Source: Bacteriovoracaceae bacterium (lineage in GTDB: Bacteria; Bdellovibrionota; Bacteriovoracia; Bacteriovoracales; Bacteriovoracaceae). From it: 64,000 bases of DNA. The translations under genes were made by a program, and so were the position numbers. Positions 1-9,679 of the stretch are shown here, piece by piece. The DNA is taken from assembly GCA_965217035.1 (NCBI GenBank), contig OZ244226.1:620001-684000 (forward strand). Direction: 5' to 3'. A model generated the notes under the pieces. It was not told the DNA's origin and did not search any database. It was given only the letters and a program-made list of their open reading frames with translations. Position 1 is the stretch's first letter, and each line of letters opens with the position of its first letter.

Positions 1-1
1 C

Positions 2-982
2 AAGTGAGAGATTACTCTGAGAATCTTCAGGATTGCCCTCATCATCAACATAAATCGAGTTATCGGCCGTATCTAGCCTAAATTCGAACTTAAGTTCAGA
101 GTTCTCATAAACTTTATATCCATAAGTAAGAGTAATGGAAGTAATAGTTTCATCTCTATTGTTTCCGATTAGATCTATATCCTCTTGTTTCCAAAGCTCT
201 AAACGAGTTGCCAGAAAACTTTTGCCTGAAAGTATATAGCTAAAATAGAAAGCAAAAGAGCTCCAGCGACCGCCTAACCTTTCTTCATCTATTGAGCCAA
301 CGAGGATATCCAAAGCAAGAGAGATTTCGTTTGTCGTCTTGTGTTTAAGAGAAAAATCATGGAAAGATGAGTTCTCATTATCCTGCTCGGCAAGATAAGC
401 ATAAATAAACATCCACTTTTCCCATTCGTAACTTATCAGCAAATTATATCCATTAGTTGACTCAGTATTTTCAAGTTGATCAGGTCCATCAAAATAGAAA
501 ACTTCAGCAAATAATGAGTCTTTCTTATAACGAAGAGCGACTCCTTCTGCGAAATTAGGACCACCGCTATTAAAGCCTAAAGAGCGAGAATAGTGAGTGT
601 TATTAACCGCAAAATTACTTTCAAAGCCCACACTTATATCCATTCTTCCCACTGTGATTGAAAACTGATCATTAAAGTTGTGAGTCAAATAAGCTTGGGA
701 AAGACCTTCTGTTCCTGAAGTTGCGCTAGAAGCCACTAAGCTTGCTTGATCACCATAAGCAAACTCGAGATAATAATCGACATTCTCTTGAGATCCTTTA
801 AAACGTAAACTCGCCAAGCCGATCCCTAGGTCTTTATGAGGCAAATTTTCCAAATTAGAACTAATTTGATTTTTTTGTGAGTTCATATTCCAGTAAAGAT
901 CAAAAACTCCATTAACTTCTTGAGCACTAAGAGTTGAGACAAAAAAGAAAAAAGAATAGATCTTTAGAAGAGTTTTTTTCAT
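2..982 (-). CDS. Outer-membrane beta-barrel porin-like protein, paralogue of 1050..2126; 3' end runs off the window
   Basis: Not in the ORF track because it has no stop in the window. Manual translation from ATG at 982: MKKTLLKIYSFFFFVSTLSAQEVNGVFDLYW...DYYLEFAYGDQA...TEGLSQAYLTHNFNDQ...GRMDISVGFES...YVDDEGNPEDSQSNLSL. It shares these blocks with the neighbouring ORF. Confidence 0.8.
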   Translation of the reverse strand, partial: MKKTLLKIYSFFFFVSTLSAQEVNGVFDLYWNMNSQKNQISSNLENLPHKDLGIGLASLRFKGSQENVDYYLEFAYGDQASLVASSATSGTEGLSQAYLTHNFNDQFSITVGRMDISVGFESNFAVNNTHYSRSLGFNSGGPNFAEGVALRYKKDSLFAEVFYFDGPDQLENTESTNGYNLLISYEWEKWMFIYAYLAEQDNENSSFHDFSLKHKTTNEISLALDILVGSIDEERLGGRWSSFAFYFSYILSGKSFLATRLELWKQEDIDLIGNNRDETITSITLTYGYKVYENSELKFEFRLDTADNSIYVDDEGNPEDSQSNLSL

Positions 983-992
983 CACTTACCTT

Positions 993-1022
993 AAAAAAAA
1001 AGGGGCACTCAAAGAGTGCCCC
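993..1022 (-). terminator. Intrinsic terminator after the 1050..2126 porin gene
   Basis: GGGGCACTC-AAA-GAGTGCCCC hairpin preceded by an A-tract on +, which is a U-tract on -. Confidence 0.85.
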
Positions 1023-1049
1023 CAGGAGGTCTTTATTTTTCGTACTCAC

Positions 1050-2126
1050 TTAGAATGTGTTGATCCAAGCAAGAGAAACGTTAGACTGAGCATCTTCTGC
1101 AGTACCTTCATCATCAACAAAGATATCATTATCAGCAGAAATTTGGCTGTATTCAAGTCTGAACTCTGATCCACCGTCACAGTACATACCGTAAGTTAAA
1201 GTAATCCCAGTGATCTCTTCATCGGCATTTGTACCGATGTTAGCGAAAGACTCTTGCTCATAAGTTTCATATCTTAAAGCAGCATAAGTTTTCTTAGAAA
1301 CCATATACTTGGCGTAAAGAGCCATAGTCGTCCACTCAGCATCATTATTATCTTCATCAATTTCACCCATTAAGTAAGATAAAGCAGCAGAAAAACGGCT
1401 GTTGAAATCATAAGTGAAGTTAAAGTTAGTGATGTTAGCCTTAAGGTTAGAAGCTGGGTTACTTCCCTGAAGAGTGTAATCTCCATCAGTGTAGTAATTT
1501 AATACCGCAGCCCACTTATCTTTAGCATAGCTTAGCTGAATGCTTGAAGAACCAGACTCAGTTGTATCGTTCTGGCCATCATTATTACCATCATAAAGAA
1601 ATAAGCCTGCTCCAAAACCCGAATTATGATTGTATTTGACAGCAACACCATCATGGAATCGTGGTTGAGCATTCAAAAAAGAAATTGATCTAGTGTAGTT
1701 CCAATTGTCTTTTGCGAAAGCGCTTTCAAAACCAACATTAGTCGCCATTCTACCAGCCGTAAAAGAAACTTGGTCATTGAAGTGGTGAGTGATATAAGCC
1801 TGAGAAAGCCCTTCAGTACTCGTAGTATCACTAGCAGCTGTAAGTCCAGCTTGATCACCGTAAGCGAATTCTAGATAGTAATCGATGTTCTTTACTGATC
1901 CAGCAAAATTTAGAGTAGCAAGACCAATCCCAACATCATTGTGATCAAGACTTGAAGCATTTAAAGCACCACCAGTCTGGTCACCATAAGAGGCATTACT
2001 CCAAAATACATCAACTGCACCATGTACAGCAACATGTCCTTTCCCCTCGTGATGTTCTGCTTTAGCAACTGTTACTAGCAAAAGTGCACCGAGGATAAGA
2101 CTTGAAAGTTTAGCAATTCTTAACAT
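1050..2126 (-). CDS. Putative outer-membrane beta-barrel porin (OmpL/BBP2-like)
   Basis: Signal peptide, amphipathic beta strands, LSQAY..GRM..VGFE..NWNYTRS motif and C-terminal Phe. Confidence 0.75.
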   Translation of the reverse strand: MLRIAKLSSLILGALLLVTVAKAEHHEGKGHVAVHGAVDVFWSNASYGDQTGGALNASSLDHNDVGIGLATLNFAGSVKNIDYYLEFAYGDQAGLTAASDTTSTEGLSQAYITHHFNDQVSFTAGRMATNVGFESAFAKDNWNYTRSISFLNAQPRFHDGVAVKYNHNSGFGAGLFLYDGNNDGQNDTTESGSSSIQLSYAKDKWAAVLNYYTDGDYTLQGSNPASNLKANITNFNFTYDFNSRFSAALSYLMGEIDEDNNDAEWTTMALYAKYMVSKKTYAALRYETYEQESFANIGTNADEEITGITLTYGMYCDGGSEFRLEYSQISADNDIFVDDEGTAEDAQSNVSLAWINTF

Positions 2127-2460
2127 AAGTTCTTCTCCTTAAAAGTTTTACCGTTAAATAAATTGGTAAAAGTTAATTACGTTTCTATAACGAAAATTTA
2201 ACTAAAAAATATCTTACTAATTCAAATTGTGACAACCCAAAAAAGAGATTTCAACGCTTTTCAAAGAAAATTCATCTGTTTTTCTAAAATTTTTTGTTTT
2301 TTTTCCGAATTCGATGATTTTCGACAATTTTTTGACGTGACCTTACTGATAATTCTTATTTTTTCCCTGTTTATCGAATTGTTTAGTCTCAAGATAGACA
2401 AAACAAATACCTCAAAAACAAAAACAGTTTAGTTGCTAGAAATACTGACTAGAACACTCT

Positions 2461-3846
2461 ATGATACGTTCTATGAAGATTTTGAAATTTTTAACTTTGT
2501 TTTTTTTCGCTCTTTTTTCTACTGCAAAAGCAGAGAAATTTATGGTCAAAAATATTTTTAAAATGAGTGTGGAATCAACAATCAATCCAGCCACTCATCG
2601 CTACCTTGAGCAAGGTTTTGAACGGGCTAAAAAAGCTGGAGATGCCTTGATAATCATCAAGCTCAACACTCCTGGAGGGTTGGTTACAACAACAAAAGAT
2701 ATTCTTAGCCTGTTCGGAAAAAGTTCTAGTCCTGTTATTGTTTGGATCACACCGGAGGGTGCAAGTGCTACCAGCGCGGGAGCTCTTATCTCAAGTGGTG
2801 CTCACTTTCTTTATATGTCACCGGGAACAAATATCGGAGCAGCAACTCCTATCAATATGAGTGGAGATATTCCTGGTAAAAAGACCACTAAAAAGAAGGG
2901 TGAAAAGAAAGATCCAATCGAAGAGATGACCTCTCCACAAAAACAAGGCTCTGATTTAAGAGCAAAGGCCATCAATGATCTTGTTGCCCTGACCCGCTCA
3001 TTATCTGAGGCCAGAGGAAGAAACGCAGAAGCCTTTGAAAAAATGATTTCTGAAGCAAAGTCTTTCACAGCAAAGGAAGCTCTGAAAAAGAATATTATAG
3101 AGGGAATTGCAAGTAATAGCACAGATATCCTCATTGAAATTCAAGATAAAGAATTTGAACTTCAAGGGGATAAATACAAGCTTGATGTCCATCCGAAATC
3201 CAAAACAGTGGTCATTGAGCAGAACCTCTCTGACTATCTCTTAAATGTTTTCTCACACCCTCAGCTTGCCTATTTATTTTTCCTTATAGGTGCTGCTCTC
3301 ATTTACTTTGAGCTTCAGGCTCCAGGAGGGTTTATCGCTGGAGGTATTGGGGTTCTTTTTTTGATACTTGCGGGAATGGGTTTCCAAGTTCTTCCGATCA
3401 ACCTAGGTGCTGGAGGACTCATCATTGCTTCGTTTATTTTATTTGTCCTTGAAATGTATATCACAAGTTATGGGATTCTTAGCTTAGCAGGAATTGTTGC
3501 ACTCACCTTTGGTTCGCTCTTGCTCTTCGATACTCAAGACAGCCTCGTGACTCTTGATAGAACTTTTATCTTTTCAACAGTGGCAGGAATCGGAGCTTTT
3601 ATTCTTTTAATTACTTATGTTTTTCTTAAGTTTAGAAGAGAAGACAGTATCGACTTTTTCCAACCAACTAATGAACAAGGTGTTGTTCATAAGAAGTTAA
3701 GTCAGAATCAATATCAAATCAAAGCAAGCGGAAGTTTCTGGAGAGCGACAAGTGATGAAGAACTTGAAGTTGGTGATCGGGTCAGTGTTATTGAAAATAA
3801 TGCCGAAAAACTTATGATAAAAATCAAAAAGATTGTAGAAGGTTAA
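2461..3846 (+). CDS. nfeD: NfeD family membrane-bound serine protease (ClpP-like + membrane + OB domain)
   Basis: LNTPGG, ASATSAG and TNIGAATP motifs, hydrophobic central segment, C-terminal WRA..GDRV; adjacent to SPFH genes. Confidence 0.9.
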   Translation: MIRSMKILKFLTLFFFALFSTAKAEKFMVKNIFKMSVESTINPATHRYLEQGFERAKKAGDALIIIKLNTPGGLVTTTKDILSLFGKSSSPVIVWITPEGASATSAGALISSGAHFLYMSPGTNIGAATPINMSGDIPGKKTTKKKGEKKDPIEEMTSPQKQGSDLRAKAINDLVALTRSLSEARGRNAEAFEKMISEAKSFTAKEALKKNIIEGIASNSTDILIEIQDKEFELQGDKYKLDVHPKSKTVVIEQNLSDYLLNVFSHPQLAYLFFLIGAALIYFELQAPGGFIAGGIGVLFLILAGMGFQVLPINLGAGGLIIASFILFVLEMYITSYGILSLAGIVALTFGSLLLFDTQDSLVTLDRTFIFSTVAGIGAFILLITYVFLKFRREDSIDFFQPTNEQGVVHKKLSQNQYQIKASGSFWRATSDEELEVGDRVSVIENNAEKLMIKIKKIVEG

Positions 3847-4302
3847 ATGCAAGAATACTTCCCCTACTTTGCCCTTTCAATTGTTGCTTTTCTCGTAAGC
3901 TTTAAACACTTGAATGAATACGAAGAAGCCGTGGTTCTTAAGCTCGGTGAATTCTCTCGAACAATTAAAGAGGGTTTTTTCTTAACAATCCCTGGCATGG
4001 AAAAAGTCATCAAAGTCGATACCAGAGCTTCTATTGAAGAGGTTATCTTCGATAGCTTAAATCTTTCTTTTTCCGTTTATTACCAAGTCGTTGATGTAAA
4101 AAAAGCAGTGATCAATATTCTTAATTACAAAGACGGATTAAACACACTCACTCACAAATTAATTTCAGAGGAAGATCTATTTCCAGAAAAAATCAATGAT
4201 GATTTAGAACATTTTTTATTAACTATACAAAATAAATTAACAGACCAAACTCACGATTGGGGACTGAAGATTCTCAAACTCGAGTCAGGTAAGGGGTTTT
4301 AA
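3847..4302 (+). CDS. Short SPFH/Band-7 domain protein lacking the C-terminal coiled coil
   Basis: [29 protein letters not shown] parallels the next gene, but it is only 151 aa. Confidence 0.7.
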   Translation: MQEYFPYFALSIVAFLVSFKHLNEYEEAVVLKLGEFSRTIKEGFFLTIPGMEKVIKVDTRASIEEVIFDSLNLSFSVYYQVVDVKKAVINILNYKDGLNTLTHKLISEEDLFPEKINDDLEHFLLTIQNKLTDQTHDWGLKILKLESGKGF

Positions 4303-4303
4303 A

Positions 4304-5056
4304 ATGAATTTTTTTCCAATGCTACCATTTATCGTTATTTTTGCAGTCTTGATCTTTAGCTGTGTAAAGATCTTAAATGAATATGAACGAGGAGTCGTTT
4401 TCAGACTCGGAAACTTCACTGGAGTCAGAGGTCCAGGGCTTATCCTTCTCATTCCAGGAATTGAAAAAATGCAAAAGGTTGATCTTCGGGTTGTAACTAT
4501 GGACGTTCCTAGCCAAGATATTATTACGAAAGATAACGTCACCGTAAAAGTTAATGGAGTTGTTTATTTTAGAGTCAGTCATCCATCAAAAGCAGTCATC
4601 AGTGTTGCTAATTATATTCATGCGACAGGACAAATTGCCCAGACAACGCTGAGATCTGTGATCGGACAGTATGAGCTTGATGAAGTTCTCGCACACAGAG
4701 ATGAAATCAATTCAAAGCTTCAAACAATTCTCGATGAACTCACTGAACCATGGGGAATCAAAGTCACGAATGTTGAATTGAAGGCCATTGACCTTCCTGA
4801 GCAAATGCAACGAGTGATTGCCCGTCAGGCAGAAGCAGAGAGAGAAAAAAGAGCAAAAATTATTTCTGCAGATGGTGAACTTCAAGCTTCTCAAAAACTC
4901 GCTGAAGCAGCGAAAGTTCTCGGTGAACAAAATGAGGCGATTACTTTGAGATATCTCGATACTATGAGAGAAATCAGTACTAATAGTAAAAACAGTACAA
5001 CGTTTTTCCCATTTCCAGTAGAAATGATCAAAAATCTTCAAAGCAAATTACAATAA
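4304..5056 (+). CDS. Stomatin/slipin (SPFH) family protein
   Basis: [35 protein letters not shown] and [10 protein letters not shown] motifs. Confidence 0.95.
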   Translation: MNFFPMLPFIVIFAVLIFSCVKILNEYERGVVFRLGNFTGVRGPGLILLIPGIEKMQKVDLRVVTMDVPSQDIITKDNVTVKVNGVVYFRVSHPSKAVISVANYIHATGQIAQTTLRSVIGQYELDEVLAHRDEINSKLQTILDELTEPWGIKVTNVELKAIDLPEQMQRVIARQAEAEREKRAKIISADGELQASQKLAEAAKVLGEQNEAITLRYLDTMREISTNSKNSTTFFPFPVEMIKNLQSKLQ

Positions 5057-5058
5057 TT

Positions 5059-5271
5059 TTATCTCTTAGGCTCTTTGGTATCTTGAACAGATGCCGGGAG
5101 CCTGCTTGGTTCAGACTCAGTCTTTGTAAGAGCTGCATTCTCTGCCTCCACTTGAGCGATAAGTGCTTCATTAACAACATCACCGATAATTGGCTCAGCC
5201 GCATAAGAAAATGTCCCTAATGAAAGAGTGAGGATCACAGTGAATGAAAGCTTCGATGCTAACAACCTCAT
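5059..5271 (-). CDS. Small secreted hypothetical protein
   Basis: 70 aa, signal peptide ending SYA, RLPAS near the C-terminus. Confidence 0.6.
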   Translation of the reverse strand: MRLLASKLSFTVILTLSLGTFSYAAEPIIGDVVNEALIAQVEAENAALTKTESEPSRLPASVQDTKEPKR

Positions 5272-5368
5272 ATATCTATTATCGCTGGCCTCGCTGCATA
5301 ATGAAAGGGGGAAATTTGAAAAAAGACATATAACTGACTAAAATGATAGTACTTTTGGAGGAAAGCTC

Positions 5369-6187
5369 ATGGGAAAAGTTTCTAATTACGAGTCGAAACC
5401 CACAAATTCAGAGGGTGTCGTTGAGTACAATGATCAGGAAAACAAAACTTGGGACTTCCTTACCCAAAGACAAAATCGACTTATTCAAAATCGGGCCTGC
5501 AAAGAATTCATTCATGGAGTTGAGCTTTTAAAATTTAAGGGTGAATGCCCTCAACATTTTGAGATAACAAAGGTCTTAAAAGAGACAACTGGTTGGGCCA
5601 TTGAACCCGTACCGGCCATCATTCCCGCTCAAGATTTTTTCAAACTTTTATCAACGAAGAAGTTTCCATGTGCAAACTTCATTAGAGTTCCAGAAGAAAT
5701 TGATTATCTTCAAGAACCCGATATTTTTCATGAAGTTTATGGCCATTGTCCGCTCTTAACGAACAAGGCCTATGCTGATTATGTTCAAGAATATGGAAAG
5801 CTTGCTCTTTCAGTAAAAGGAAAAGAACGGATGAGACTTTTTAGACTCTTCTGGTTCACGATTGAATTTGGACTTCTTATGGAAGAAGGTCGCCATAGAG
5901 CTTACGGAGGAGGGATTCTTTCTTCTGCCAATGAAACAATCTATGCCATCGACAGTGATATCCCTGAAAGAACCATGGTAAAAGATCCTATGGTTGCTTT
6001 AAGAACTCCTTATAGAATCGATATCCTTCAACCTATTTATTTTGTCCTCGAAAATCTCGAGCACCTTTATAAACTTCTTGATTATGACCTCGTCTCTCTC
6101 GCTCGAGAATCACTAGAGCTAGGTGACTTTGAACCAAAGTTTCCTCCTAAAGACGATGGAAGCCGACCAGAAGGAATGACTGTATGA
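5369..6187 (+). CDS. phhA: Phenylalanine 4-monooxygenase
   Basis: YLQEPDIFHEVYGHCP and WFTIEFGL..AYGGGILSS iron-site motifs; GGAGG Shine-Dalgarno (SD). Confidence 0.95.
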   Translation: MGKVSNYESKPTNSEGVVEYNDQENKTWDFLTQRQNRLIQNRACKEFIHGVELLKFKGECPQHFEITKVLKETTGWAIEPVPAIIPAQDFFKLLSTKKFPCANFIRVPEEIDYLQEPDIFHEVYGHCPLLTNKAYADYVQEYGKLALSVKGKERMRLFRLFWFTIEFGLLMEEGRHRAYGGGILSSANETIYAIDSDIPERTMVKDPMVALRTPYRIDILQPIYFVLENLEHLYKLLDYDLVSLARESLELGDFEPKFPPKDDGSRPEGMTV

Positions 6188-6474
6188 GTGATCCTATAAA
6201 ACTTTCTAATCATGAAATCCAATCGAAAATATCAGGACTTGATGGATGGAACTGGGATCAAAAAAATCAAGAAATCTGGAAGCTTTTCGAATTTAAAGGT
6301 TATTGGAAAACGATTGGTTTCGTAAACTCAGTTGCCTGGCATGCTCAAAAACAAGTCCATCATCCAGATTTAAAAGTGAGTTTTGGTAAATGTGAAGTCC
6401 GACTGACAACTCATGACTGCGATGGCATCAGCCAAAAAGACTTTGACCTTGCCACCGCAATCGAAGCCTTATAG
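6184..6474 (+). CDS. phhB: Pterin-4-alpha-carbinolamine dehydratase
   Basis: HHPDL..LTTHD..GISQKDF motifs; overlaps the phhA stop. Confidence 0.95.
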   Translation: MSDPIKLSNHEIQSKISGLDGWNWDQKNQEIWKLFEFKGYWKTIGFVNSVAWHAQKQVHHPDLKVSFGKCEVRLTTHDCDGISQKDFDLATAIEAL

Positions 6475-6679
6475 CTTTTTCCAGAAAGTTTCATGAATTT
6501 CACAATATTCCTTTTTTTGAGAAACCAGAAATTTCAACTTCTCTGGTCCCCCACTTAATATCTGAGAGCTCGAAAGAGAAAGTCCTTCTCCAACTATTCG
6601 AAAAAGATCCTATAGAACATCCATAAATAACTTCTTTGATTCCGGCCCAATAAATGGCTCCTAAACACATCACACAGTT
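6469..6679 (-). pseudogene. C-terminal remnant of a zinc-dependent nucleoside/guanine deaminase with several frameshifts
   Basis: CVMCLGAIYWAGIKEVIYG in one frame, then DLFRIVGEGLSL, REVEISG and EYCEIHETFWKKL* across shifting frames. The N-terminal HAE half is missing. Confidence 0.75.
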
Positions 6680-6682
6680 GTC

Positions 6683-6796
6683 GTTTTAAAAGTGTTTAGA
6701 TTCTAGGAAAGGAATTTATGAGCCGCGGAGGCTTACTAAAAGTAAGTCGCACAAGCGAGTCGAGGCTTTAACGACGAAGATGATCATTTTGGAAGC
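6683..6796. repeat. Small palindromic MITE/REP-like element, copy 1
   Basis: Core GCGGAGGCTTACT-AAA-AGTAAGTCGCA hairpin with imperfect terminal inverted repeats; similar core at 55469..55495. Confidence 0.5.
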
Positions 6797-6801
6797 TTTC
6801 T

Positions 6802-7308
6802 TTATTTTTTTACTAATCTATCTCGCCAAGAGATAAGCTCATCCGTCATATAATCATACTTCATCTCTCCAAGTGTATATTGCGAGAATTCATAATCTTT
6901 CGTATGCGTTAAGCATTCTGTCGGACAAACAGTCGTACAAAGACCACAATAACAACAAAGCGCTGTATCAATCACGTACTGAGTAAGAACCTGTCTCTTC
7001 GGTGTTCCATCATCAGTTTTTGGAATATCAAGTTCCTTTGGGCGCTGTTGTGAGGAAATGTAGATACAATCTACCGGGCAAGCAAGCGCGCACATATTAC
7101 AACTAATGCAATTGAGAACATCATTATAAAGTCTCGAGCGAGATCCTTCAGGAAGAACTTCTCTTACCTCAGGGTATTCAATTGTTACCGGCTTCTTCGC
7201 AATAACATACTTGAAGGTAATCATCATACCTTTCAAGCAAGTCTTAACCGCGTAAGCAATATTTCCGAAATACTGACTAAACGTAATTCCTTCTGTTTGA
7301 GTGCTCAT
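6802..7308 (-). CDS. nuoI: NADH-quinone oxidoreductase subunit I
   Basis: VTIEYPE; two CxxCxxCxxxCP 4Fe-4S motifs. Confidence 0.9.
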   Translation of the reverse strand: MSTQTEGITFSQYFGNIAYAVKTCLKGMMITFKYVIAKKPVTIEYPEVREVLPEGSRSRLYNDVLNCISCNMCALACPVDCIYISSQQRPKELDIPKTDDGTPKRQVLTQYVIDTALCCYCGLCTTVCPTECLTHTKDYEFSQYTLGEMKYDYMTDELISWRDRLVKK

Positions 7309-8474
7309 CGATCCACCTCCCCGAGAACAATATCAATACTTCCAATCGTTGCGACAAAATCAGCAACCATTTGCCCTGGCGCCATATGAGGCAACATTCC
7401 AACGTGAGTAAAGCATGGGGATTTTACTTTAAGTCGATACGGAGTTTTTTCTCCCGTACTCACGATATGAATACCAAGCTCACCTCTTGGGCATTCTTGA
7501 CGATAATAAATTTCACCTTTTGGTAATTTGATAACTTTTGAAACCTTTCCTATGACTGGACCTGGCTCGAGCATGTCCAGACACTGACGAATGATCTTAA
7601 CCGACTCATTCATCTCTTTCATTCGAACAATGTAACGATTATAACAATCACCAACAGTAGAACCTCTTTCTCCTGTTCCTACTGGAACATCAAAATCGAC
7701 TTCATCATAAAGAAGATAAGGCTCAACTTTTCTAAGGTCCCACTTATAACCAGAACCTCTTAAAACAGGTCCAGTTGCTCCATAATTAAAACAGTCTTCA
7801 ACAGAAAGAATACCGACACCATTAAGTCTTTCAAGAAAGATCTTATTAGCAGAAACCAGATTGTCGTATTTTTCCAGTTCAGGTTCAAAGTTATCTAGGA
7901 AATCTTTAATATAATCAACTTGCTTATCAGTAATGTCATTCCAAACACCACCAATCCAGAAATAATTATAAAGAAGCCGAGCTCCAGAAATTTCTTCGAA
8001 GAATCTCAAGATTTTTTCACGCTCATCAAAAGCGTATAAAAATGGGCTGAAAGCCCCAAGATCAAGAGCATAAGTACCAAAGGCCATCAGATGTGAGGCA
8101 ATTCTTTGAAGTTCACTGACGATCATCCTGATAACTTGCGCTCTTCGTGGAACTTCAGTTCCGAGCATTTTTTCTACGGCCATTGAGTAAACGAGTTCTT
8201 GATTCATAGCCGCAAGGTAATCCATACGATCAACAAAAGGGATAATCCCTCTATAATCAATTGACTCGCAATGCTTTTCCATGCAGCGATGGAGATATCC
8301 AATATGAGGAATAGCCTTCGCTACAATCTCAGAATCTGTTTTAATTTCTACCCTAAGAACCCCGTGAGTAGCAGGGTGCTGAGGTCCCATATTAACCGTT
8401 AGAAGTTCAGTGTTAAGATTCTCATCTTGAGTCTCTTCCTGAAGTTCTTTAATTCCCATATCCCATGTTTGCAT
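7305..8474 (-). CDS. nuoD: NADH-quinone oxidoreductase subunit D
   Basis: NMGPQHPATHGVLR, IGYLHR, DRMDY and C-terminal DIVLGEVDR. Confidence 0.97.
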   Translation of the reverse strand: MQTWDMGIKELQEETQDENLNTELLTVNMGPQHPATHGVLRVEIKTDSEIVAKAIPHIGYLHRCMEKHCESIDYRGIIPFVDRMDYLAAMNQELVYSMAVEKMLGTEVPRRAQVIRMIVSELQRIASHLMAFGTYALDLGAFSPFLYAFDEREKILRFFEEISGARLLYNYFWIGGVWNDITDKQVDYIKDFLDNFEPELEKYDNLVSANKIFLERLNGVGILSVEDCFNYGATGPVLRGSGYKWDLRKVEPYLLYDEVDFDVPVGTGERGSTVGDCYNRYIVRMKEMNESVKIIRQCLDMLEPGPVIGKVSKVIKLPKGEIYYRQECPRGELGIHIVSTGEKTPYRLKVKSPCFTHVGMLPHMAPGQMVADFVATIGSIDIVLGEVDR

Positions 8475-9058
8475 TAGTGACCTCTTTCCAGTTGTCGCTT
8501 GAGTAAATCCGCTTCCATTTCTTTTTTACGAACTTCAAATTCTCTATCTTCAAAATTCATTTTCCCTTCAGGATTCACTTCCATTCCACGATAAACTTTT
8601 TGAACTTCATAATCCTTTCTTAAAGGAAAACCTTCCCAATCATCAGGACAAAGAATTCTTCGTAAATCAGGATGATCTTTAAATTTAACCCCAATCATGT
8701 CGTAACACTCTCGCTCCTGAAAGTTTGCAGCAGCCCAAACAGGAACCACTGTTTGAAGTTCAGGGTTTTCTCTATTTTTCAATTGAGTTTTAAGAATCAG
8801 TTGATAAGAGTTTTCAAGATTAAAAGAAGCGAGCATATAACAGACTTCTAAATATTCAGTGTAATCAACCCCACTGATAACCTGAAGAGCAGGGAATGGG
8901 TATTGATCATTAGTTTTTAAAAACTCACAAACTTCGTAAATCTTTGATGCATCGACAAGGATCGAAGAATCACCCGCCCCATCCTCTGGAGGATTAATGA
9001 CTGTTGCATTTGCACCCGAGACAGCGCCATTGATAAGCGTTACTAATTCACTATGCAT
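8474..9058 (-). CDS. nuoC: NADH-quinone oxidoreductase subunit C
   Basis: [26 protein letters not shown]. Confidence 0.95.
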   Translation of the reverse strand: MHSELVTLINGAVSGANATVINPPEDGAGDSSILVDASKIYEVCEFLKTNDQYPFPALQVISGVDYTEYLEVCYMLASFNLENSYQLILKTQLKNRENPELQTVVPVWAAANFQERECYDMIGVKFKDHPDLRRILCPDDWEGFPLRKDYEVQKVYRGMEVNPEGKMNFEDREFEVRKKEMEADLLKRQLERGH

Positions 9059-9551
9059 TTTTCACCCACTTATCTCTAAGCATTCTTTCATTTGCAATTT
9101 TCTTTTGAAGAACCATGAGACCTTCAATTAAGGCTTCTGGTCTTGGAGGACAACCTGGAACATAAACATCAACAGGAATAACTTCATCAACACCTTTAAG
9201 AACATGGTAACCATGTTGCCAATAAGGTCCCCCTTTATTCGCACAAGAGCCCATTGAGATAACATACTTTGGCTCAGCCATTTGTTCATAAAGAACTTTT
9301 ACTCTCGTTGCCATTTTTAACGTCACTGTTCCAGCAACGATCATAAGATCTGCCCTTCTTGGTGTCGCCATGAAAGCCCCACAACCAAATCTTTCAAGGT
9401 CATATTTTGAAGCACCAGTTGCCATCATTTCGATCGCACAACATGCTAGACCAAAGGTCATAGGCCAAAGAGAATTTTTTCTCCCCCAGCTTAGAAGTTC
9501 GTCCACTTTCGCAAGTACAATTCCCGATTCCTGCATCGAAAAACTCTCCAA
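9051..9551 (-). CDS. nuoB: NADH-quinone oxidoreductase subunit B
   Basis: [32 protein letters not shown] start, with an alternative ATG five codons downstream. Confidence 0.97.
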   Translation of the reverse strand: MESFSMQESGIVLAKVDELLSWGRKNSLWPMTFGLACCAIEMMATGASKYDLERFGCGAFMATPRRADLMIVAGTVTLKMATRVKVLYEQMAEPKYVISMGSCANKGGPYWQHGYHVLKGVDEVIPVDVYVPGCPPRPEALIEGLMVLQKKIANERMLRDKWVKNA

Positions 9552-9679
9552 TTAGTTGATGATTTTGTGATGCTATTTTACCTTTTTACGCTGACTAACG
9601 TCAATGAAACAAAGGTCTTACGAGCTTTTTCTGATGAAGTTCATTGATTGAAGCAAGAGATAGAACGCTAGGCATCAAT

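Noticed and set aside
2229..2432. 67-aa Phe-rich ORF
   Set aside because: Lies in an AT-rich divergent promoter region; low complexity and no SD.
5278..5304. sigma28-like promoter for the 70-aa ORF
   Set aside because: Spacing is 14 nt and the -10 is AGCGATAA; weaker than the other instances.
7305..8474. Group 4 NiFe hydrogenase large subunit
   Set aside because: No CxxC nickel ligands; typical NuoD termini.
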